Positions 26,524-31,374 of a stretch of DNA of 31,374 nucleotides are shown piece after piece (the first letter of the stretch is position 1; every line of letters begins with the position of its first letter). The DNA is taken from contig DAOVHV010000001.1 of NCBI GenBank assembly GCA_030671645.1, forward strand, positions 1-31,374. The letters are read 5' to 3'. Source of the stretch: a bacterium (GTDB taxonomy: Bacteria > Bipolaricaulota > Bipolaricaulia > UBA7950 > UBA9294). The position numbers were made by a program, and so were the translations under genes. The notes under the pieces are model-generated. The model worked only from the letters and a program-made list of their open reading frames with translations. It was not told where the DNA came from and made no database searches.

Positions 26524-26873
26524 TGTGTCTCGCAAAGCCGCAAAGGTCGCCAAGGGGAACCAGACCCAACAGCAATGTCCTCGTTGCAGAACAGACTCGT
26601 GTGCGGCACTAGGCTCTCCACTTCCGTCATTTCTACTCTATCCTTGTCTTTCCTTTGCGCTCTTTGCGGCTTTGCGAGATACAGTCTGTCTTTTCTCGCC
26701 CGTTCGCTACGCTCACTCAAGCCGCCAAGAGGCCTTCTGTTCTTGCCCTTCCCTCAATAACGCTCTTCTTTGCGACCTTCGCGTCTTTGCGAGAGATCGC
26801 ATTTCAGGACCACTGCTACATCTGAGTGTTTCAGTCTTTGCTTCCTCTGCGCCTCTGCGTCTCTGCGGGAGAT
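26524..26873. repeat. Cluster of (CT[T/C]TGCG-N1-2)x3 repeat arms separating leuC-like from leuD-like gene
   Basis: Arm A 26524-26555 is a 28/32 inverted match to arm B 26652-26683. Further direct arms at about 26768-26794 and 26845-26873, and CGTTCGCTACGCTCACTC at about 26701-26718. Confidence 0.8.
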
Positions 26874-26930
26874 TGGCAACGCCCTGCGTTGCTTGGAGAA
26901 AGGCGACAACTGCCTTTCTCTTGTGCCCGA

Positions 26931-28187
26931 CTAGAAGAATTCACGAGGATCGGTGATTACGCCGGTGACGGCCGAGGCGGCTACGGTCGCCGGCGATCCA
27001 AGATAGATCTCGGCGTCACGCGATCCCATCCTGCCCTTGAAGTTGCGATTGGCTGTCGAGATGGTGGCTTCGCCCGGCGCCATTACGCCTTGATGCGCGC
27101 CCAGGCATGGACCACAGCCAGGATTCAACAACAAGCCGCCTGCCTTGACCAGCGTATCGATGACACCTTCCTTCAACGCCTCAAGCAGGATCTCTTGCGA
27201 CGCGGGCAAGACAAGCAATCGCACGCCGTTGGCGACTTTGCGGCCTTCCAAAATCTTGGCCGCCACCCGCAGGTCTTCCATGCGGCCGTTAGTACAAGTT
27301 CCCAGCAACGCTTGCTGAATCGGCTTGCCGGCCACATCCTCCACCGGAGACACGTTATCTACAGTATGCGGCCGGGCCACTTGCGGACCTAGGGCCGAAG
27401 CATCGAATTCCATCACCTGTTCGTATTCTGCGTCATCATCCGGGAACACAGTCGTATATTCGCCCTCGGCACGGTCGGCAAGGAATGCGGTGGTCTTGTC
27501 ATCAGGCGCGCAGTAGCCGTTCTTGGCACCCATTTCGATGGCCATGTTGCACAACACCATGCGCGAGGCAATCGACATCACCTCAACCGCCTCCCCGCTG
27601 TACTCGACCGACTTGTACAAAGCGCCGTCGGCACCGATGGTACCAATGATGTGCAGGATCAAGTCTTTGGCCGACACCGGATCGGTAAGATGGCCATGCA
27701 CGACGATTTGGAAGCTCTCCGGCGTTTTGAGCCAGATGCGCGAGGTGGCGTACAGAACGGCCATTTCCGAGCGGCCGATGCCCGCCGAGAACGCGCCGAA
27801 CGCACCGTAGGTTGTCGTGTGCGAATCCGATCCCAAGATCAATCGTCCAGGGAGCGCGAAGCCCTTTTCCGGCAGCACTTGATGGCAGATCCCCATGCCC
27901 ACGTCGTAGAAGCGGCGGATGCCGTTTATCTTCACGAATTCACGGATTTCCTTGTGGTTCAGAGCATACTTTTCCTGCGACGCCGGTACGGTGTGATCCA
28001 GCACGATGACGAACTTGTCGGGATCCTTCACTCGAGACACGCCGATCTTGGCGAACGTCTTGGCAATGGCGGCCGTGTTGTCGTGTGACAGGCAGATGTC
28101 GGGCTCGATTTCCACGATCTGGCCGACGTCGATGGAATCAAGTCCGGCTTTGGCCGCCAGGATCTTTTGAGCAAACGTCATCCCCAT
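26931..28187 (-). CDS. LeuC/HacA/DmdA-family [4Fe-4S] hydratase large subunit
   Basis: SHDNT, VLDHTVP, GICHQV, GSDSHTTTYGA, GTCTNGR, PGCGPCLG, STANRNFKGRMG, SPATVAASA; 418 aa short (archaeal/firmicute) type. Confidence 0.93.
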   Translation of the reverse strand: MGMTFAQKILAAKAGLDSIDVGQIVEIEPDICLSHDNTAAIAKTFAKIGVSRVKDPDKFVIVLDHTVPASQEKYALNHKEIREFVKINGIRRFYDVGMGICHQVLPEKGFALPGRLILGSDSHTTTYGAFGAFSAGIGRSEMAVLYATSRIWLKTPESFQIVVHGHLTDPVSAKDLILHIIGTIGADGALYKSVEYSGEAVEVMSIASRMVLCNMAIEMGAKNGYCAPDDKTTAFLADRAEGEYTTVFPDDDAEYEQVMEFDASALGPQVARPHTVDNVSPVEDVAGKPIQQALLGTCTNGRMEDLRVAAKILEGRKVANGVRLLVLPASQEILLEALKEGVIDTLVKAGGLLLNPGCGPCLGAHQGVMAPGEATISTANRNFKGRMGSRDAEIYLGSPATVAASAVTGVITDPREFF

Positions 28188-28191
28188 CAGA

Positions 28192-28725
28192 TCACCCCTC
28201 GATCGGGTCGAAGTTCATGAAATCGGCGAAGTGCAGGATGATGGACTCGGGAATGCGCTTGAAGGGATCGCCTTCCTTGGAATGCGTGCCGATGATGTGC
28301 TGCACGGCCGCAGGAAGCCCGTGCGCATCGGCTAACGCCACGCCGGAGAAGGCATGTCGCACCAGCACCCCGTCCGCGCTCTTGCGGAAGACGCCGTCGA
28401 CTTCTTCCATCTCCACCAGCTTGCCAACATCGTGCAGCAGAGCACCGGCCAGCAACATATCCTTGTCCAGGTTGAGGTCGACGCCACCGTAGATCTCATC
28501 AAACGTATCGGAGACAGCGGCGCAGATCCGGGTCACACTACGGACGTGCTGCGCAAACGATGCCGACACCTTCTTGGCGAGCGTGAACGGCATCCGTTCG
28601 ATGTCCTCAGGCGTCCATCCTCCCCGTTCCAATCCCGTGATCCAGGTCGCGATGACCTTTTCACGCAAGTCGGCGTCCCCGATCCACTCGATTTCCGGCA
28701 AGATCCGTATCAGTTCCTCTCTCAT
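28192..28725 (-). CDS. HD-domain metal-dependent phosphohydrolase (177 aa)
   Basis: ATG 28725 overlaps the citF stop (ATGA); motifs QHV, ALLHDVGK, RHAFSG, THS, HFADF give a full H...HD...H...H...D set. Confidence 0.88.
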   Translation of the reverse strand: MREELIRILPEIEWIGDADLREKVIATWITGLERGGWTPEDIERMPFTLAKKVSASFAQHVRSVTRICAAVSDTFDEIYGGVDLNLDKDMLLAGALLHDVGKLVEMEEVDGVFRKSADGVLVRHAFSGVALADAHGLPAAVQHIIGTHSKEGDPFKRIPESIILHFADFMNFDPIEG

Positions 28726-30266
28726 TCGAATCCCTCCACCTTCCGAACCACATCGATGATGGTTCCGTCGCGCCACTCGATAGCGGCGATGATTTCGTCC
28801 CCGAATACGGGTTTTCTTACCGGTTGAATCATCCCGTCGACTTCCGCCTTGATGTCGGCCAGCTCTTTCACCGGCAAGCCGGCAGCCAGGAAGCACTCCT
28901 TGAGATCCTCGCGCTTCGGATTCACGGCCAAGCCGCGCTCGGTCACGATGACGTCCACGACTTCGCCGGGCGTTGTCACAGTAGTGACTGAATCCACGAT
29001 CACGGGAATGCGCCCGCGTAGCGTGGGGATGGTGATCATGGTCATGGACGCGCCGGCAGCGACGTCCTGGTGCCCGCCGATGCCGTGCAGCAGCAGTCCG
29101 TCGGAATGAGTATTTACGTTGACGTTGAAGTCGAGATCGACCTCGGTGGCGCCAAGGAAGGCGGCGTCGAGCTTGTAGGTCGCGCAGCCGCGCGAGTCGT
29201 AGTCGGCATACATGCCGGGATCCATCATGAGATGGGCCGGATCTTCGTGGAGAGATTCGACGGCATCCAGGTCAAACGCTTGACCGTCAAGGATGGCGCG
29301 GATCAGCCCGCGACGCAGCAGACCGACCAGCATCTTTGTCCCTCCGCCTATGGCGAACGAGCCTACGATGCCGGCTTTCTCCATCTCCTCACCGAGGTAT
29401 TTGGTGGCCGCCAGCGAGATGCCGCCGGCTCCGCCTTGGAAGCTGAATCCGTCGACAAAATAGCCGGAGTTCACGACGGCGTCTGTGGTCAGCCGTGCAA
29501 TCAACAGCCGAGTCGGCGACTTGGTCAGTCGCAGCGTTCCGGACGCGATGTTCTCCGGATCGCCGATCTCATCCACCACAACCACGTGATCGACCCAGCC
29601 TTGTTGAATCTCCATCGGGTGCACTGGGTAAGGGGCCAGATCGTTGGTAATGACCACCGTCTTTTTGGCGTACTGCGCATCGACCGCGAGGAAACAAATC
29701 GGACCACACGGCGTCGTTCCTCGGATGCCGGTGGCATTGCCGTAAGGATCGGCTTGCGGCGCGGCGATAAAAGCAACGTCGATTTCTACGTCCCCCGCTT
29801 CCACGGCGCGCCAACGTCCACCATGCGATCGCAACACCGCCGGCTCGGTCAGTTGTCCACCCTGACTCACAAACGCTCCCACGGGTCCGTTCATCGAACC
29901 TTCGATGCGCGACACAACACCGGCCTTGATGTGATCGATCACACCGGCGTGAACTGGGAACAGAGCCGTGGGAAACAGGCGCAGATCTCTCAAGCCCTTC
30001 TTCGCGCAGGCGTCGAGCACTTGATTGATAACGCGATCGCCGTCACGGAACGAATGGTGGAACGAGATCGTCATGCCGTCCGACAAGCCGGTAGCATCGA
30101 TGGCTGCTTCAATTGAGGAAAGCACCTTGTTCTCGTTCTGGGGTGCTCCTTTCTGATGCCGCGGCGCCTTGCGATGATCGCGCAAGATCGCAAAGGCTCC
30201 CTGAAAAGGGATGACTTCGCGGGAGCCGACATGTTCGGGGATCTCTCGACCGATAGTGTTCTTCAT
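28722..30266 (-). CDS. citF: Citrate lyase alpha subunit-like ACP transferase
   Basis: LSDGMTISFHHSFRDGD, LRSHGGR, DVAFIAAP, GFSFQGGAGG, LGATEVDLDFNVNV, GIGGHQD, TPGEVVDVIVTERGLAVNP. Confidence 0.93.
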   Translation of the reverse strand: MKNTIGREIPEHVGSREVIPFQGAFAILRDHRKAPRHQKGAPQNENKVLSSIEAAIDATGLSDGMTISFHHSFRDGDRVINQVLDACAKKGLRDLRLFPTALFPVHAGVIDHIKAGVVSRIEGSMNGPVGAFVSQGGQLTEPAVLRSHGGRWRAVEAGDVEIDVAFIAAPQADPYGNATGIRGTTPCGPICFLAVDAQYAKKTVVITNDLAPYPVHPMEIQQGWVDHVVVVDEIGDPENIASGTLRLTKSPTRLLIARLTTDAVVNSGYFVDGFSFQGGAGGISLAATKYLGEEMEKAGIVGSFAIGGGTKMLVGLLRRGLIRAILDGQAFDLDAVESLHEDPAHLMMDPGMYADYDSRGCATYKLDAAFLGATEVDLDFNVNVNTHSDGLLLHGIGGHQDVAAGASMTMITIPTLRGRIPVIVDSVTTVTTPGEVVDVIVTERGLAVNPKREDLKECFLAAGLPVKELADIKAEVDGMIQPVRKPVFGDEIIAAIEWRDGTIIDVVRKVEGFE

Positions 30267-30272
30267 ACTTAC

Positions 30273-31374
30273 TTACTTGCCTCCCTCAGCCAGCCGCTCG
30301 CCATATTTGAGGGTTCGCTCCGCACGTTCCAACACCGGACGGTCGATCATCTTTCCGTCCAGGGCCACTGCACCCGAACCGGCTCGCTCCGCATCCTCGG
30401 CCGCCTCCACGACACGTCGGGCATGCTCCAGCTCGTCGTCGGTGGGAGAAAACGCATGATGGATGGACGCCAGCTGTCGAGGATTGATGGCGCCCTTGCC
30501 GTCAAATCCCAGTTCGCGCGCCAACGCACACTCTTTGGTCAATCCCTCTTCATCGGCAAGGTCGGCATAGACCGTGTCCGAGGCCTGAATTCCGGCAGCC
30601 GTCGCTGCCGCCACGATCATCGATCGTGCGAACAACATCGAACGCCTCGTTCGCAACGCACCCACATCGCGTGTGAAGTCCTCGGCACCGAAAGCCAGCA
30701 TGACAACGCGCGGATCGGCGGCCGCAATCTCCTCGCAGTGCAGCACGCCTCGGGCCGTCTCGATGATGGGCATGATCTTGGTGAAGCCGGGTTCGATGCC
30801 ACAGGCACCTTCGACTTCATCCAGCAACTTCGCCAGCCTGGTTACGTCAGTAGCAGATTCGGCCTTGGGCAGACAGAGGCCGTGCGGACGTCCCTGCAGC
30901 ACCTCTGACACGTCCTCTTCTCCTCCCGCGTCCAATTCGTTAATGCGCACCCAGACTTCTTTCGGGAATGCAACGGCTGCGAGAAGATGTTTGACAAGAA
31001 TGCGGGCCGCCGCCTTCTCCGAAACGGGCACGGAATCCTCCAGATCGAGCAACACACAATCGGCGCCGTGAATCTCGATGCCGGCCAGCAATCGAGGATT
31101 GTTCCCGGGCGCGTAGAGGCGGCTCCGCCTGGGACGATCGGACTCAGTTGCCTGTCGCTGAATCCGGGGTTCGAAGGGCGCCGCCTCCAACGGCAAGGCC
31201 GCTCGCACGGCGGTTTCCGTTCTCGCTGCCAGCACATAGTCGAGGGATCCGAAATCCTCCACCGAAACGGCCAGGCTCGGAGATCCGTATTGGATCAACG
31301 TTTTCTCGACAACGATTTGAATTCCCGGAGCAACCAGGTTCTGTGCCTTGGCCTTGACCTCAATATGCGGTGAC
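30273..31374 (-). CDS. citE: Fused citrate-lyase ACP (CitD-like) + CitE-like lyase beta subunit; 5' end beyond window
   Basis: The frame is open to the window edge: SPHIEVKAKAQNLVAPGIQIVVEKTLIQYGSPSLAVSVEDFGSLDYVLAARTETAVRAAL (resembles the CitD C-terminal half, D.GALD..I.AR.ETAV). It continues into RRSRLYAPGNNP, LDLEDSV, WVRIN, IETARG, FGAEDF, GFDGKGAINPRQ, DGKMIDRP. Confidence 0.88.
   Translation of the reverse strand, partial: SPHIEVKAKAQNLVAPGIQIVVEKTLIQYGSPSLAVSVEDFGSLDYVLAARTETAVRAALPLEAAPFEPRIQRQATESDRPRRSRLYAPGNNPRLLAGIEIHGADCVLLDLEDSVPVSEKAAARILVKHLLAAVAFPKEVWVRINELDAGGEEDVSEVLQGRPHGLCLPKAESATDVTRLAKLLDEVEGACGIEPGFTKIMPIIETARGVLHCEEIAAADPRVVMLAFGAEDFTRDVGALRTRRSMLFARSMIVAAATAAGIQASDTVYADLADEEGLTKECALARELGFDGKGAINPRQLASIHHAFSPTDDELEHARRVVEAAEDAERAGSGAVALDGKMIDRPVLERAERTLKYGERLAEGGK

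Noticed and set aside
26524-26873. CRISPR array interpretation of the repeats
   Set aside because: Units are degenerate, in mixed orientation and irregularly spaced; no cas genes.
26008-28187. Calling these genes leucine-biosynthetic leuC/leuD
   Set aside because: No leuA/leuB nearby, operonic with lyase genes, and an atypical specificity loop; gene symbols withheld.
28726-28896. 57-aa N-terminal extension of the HD protein
   Set aside because: Overlaps the citF 3' end; ATG 28725 is coupled to the citF stop.
29070-30908. Long plus-strand ORFs (348 and 250 aa) opposite citF/citE
   Set aside because: Antisense shadows; no RBS or domain evidence.

Overview
A bacterial chromosomal window of about 57-60% GC (estimated by eye) in three parts. 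(1) 1-13 kb, minus strand: a cell-envelope/division cluster, bamA-skp-fabZ-ftcD-murD-ftsW-murG-murC, then a near-consensus promoter, then ftsQ-ftsA (partial). It is preceded by yraN and a comM gene carrying two in-frame stops. No lpx genes are present. (2) 13-19.2 kb, plus strand: housekeeping run mtaD-rpsO-pnp-M16 peptidase-coaD. The PNPase has two S1 domains and a long acidic Pro-rich tail. (3) 19.3-31.4 kb, accessory region: a Tat-less reductive-dehalogenase-like gene interrupted by one in-frame TAG, a TrpF-like gene lacking the catalytic Cys coupled to a decayed PfkB kinase, a lipoprotein, a secreted clan GH-A hydrolase, a spermidine-synthase-like methyltransferase, several small structured or repeated non-coding elements, and an operon citD-citE(fused)-citF-HD hydrolase-leuC-like-leuD-like. 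That operon is the best candidate for an uncharacterised pathway: ACP-dependent cleavage of a tertiary hydroxy-acid plus an aconitase-family hydratase and a coupled HD phosphohydrolase. The gene content suggests an anaerobic diderm, possibly without LPS, such as Ca. Bipolaricaulota; this is inference only. No rRNA, tRNA, CRISPR array or transposase was seen. No database searches were run.
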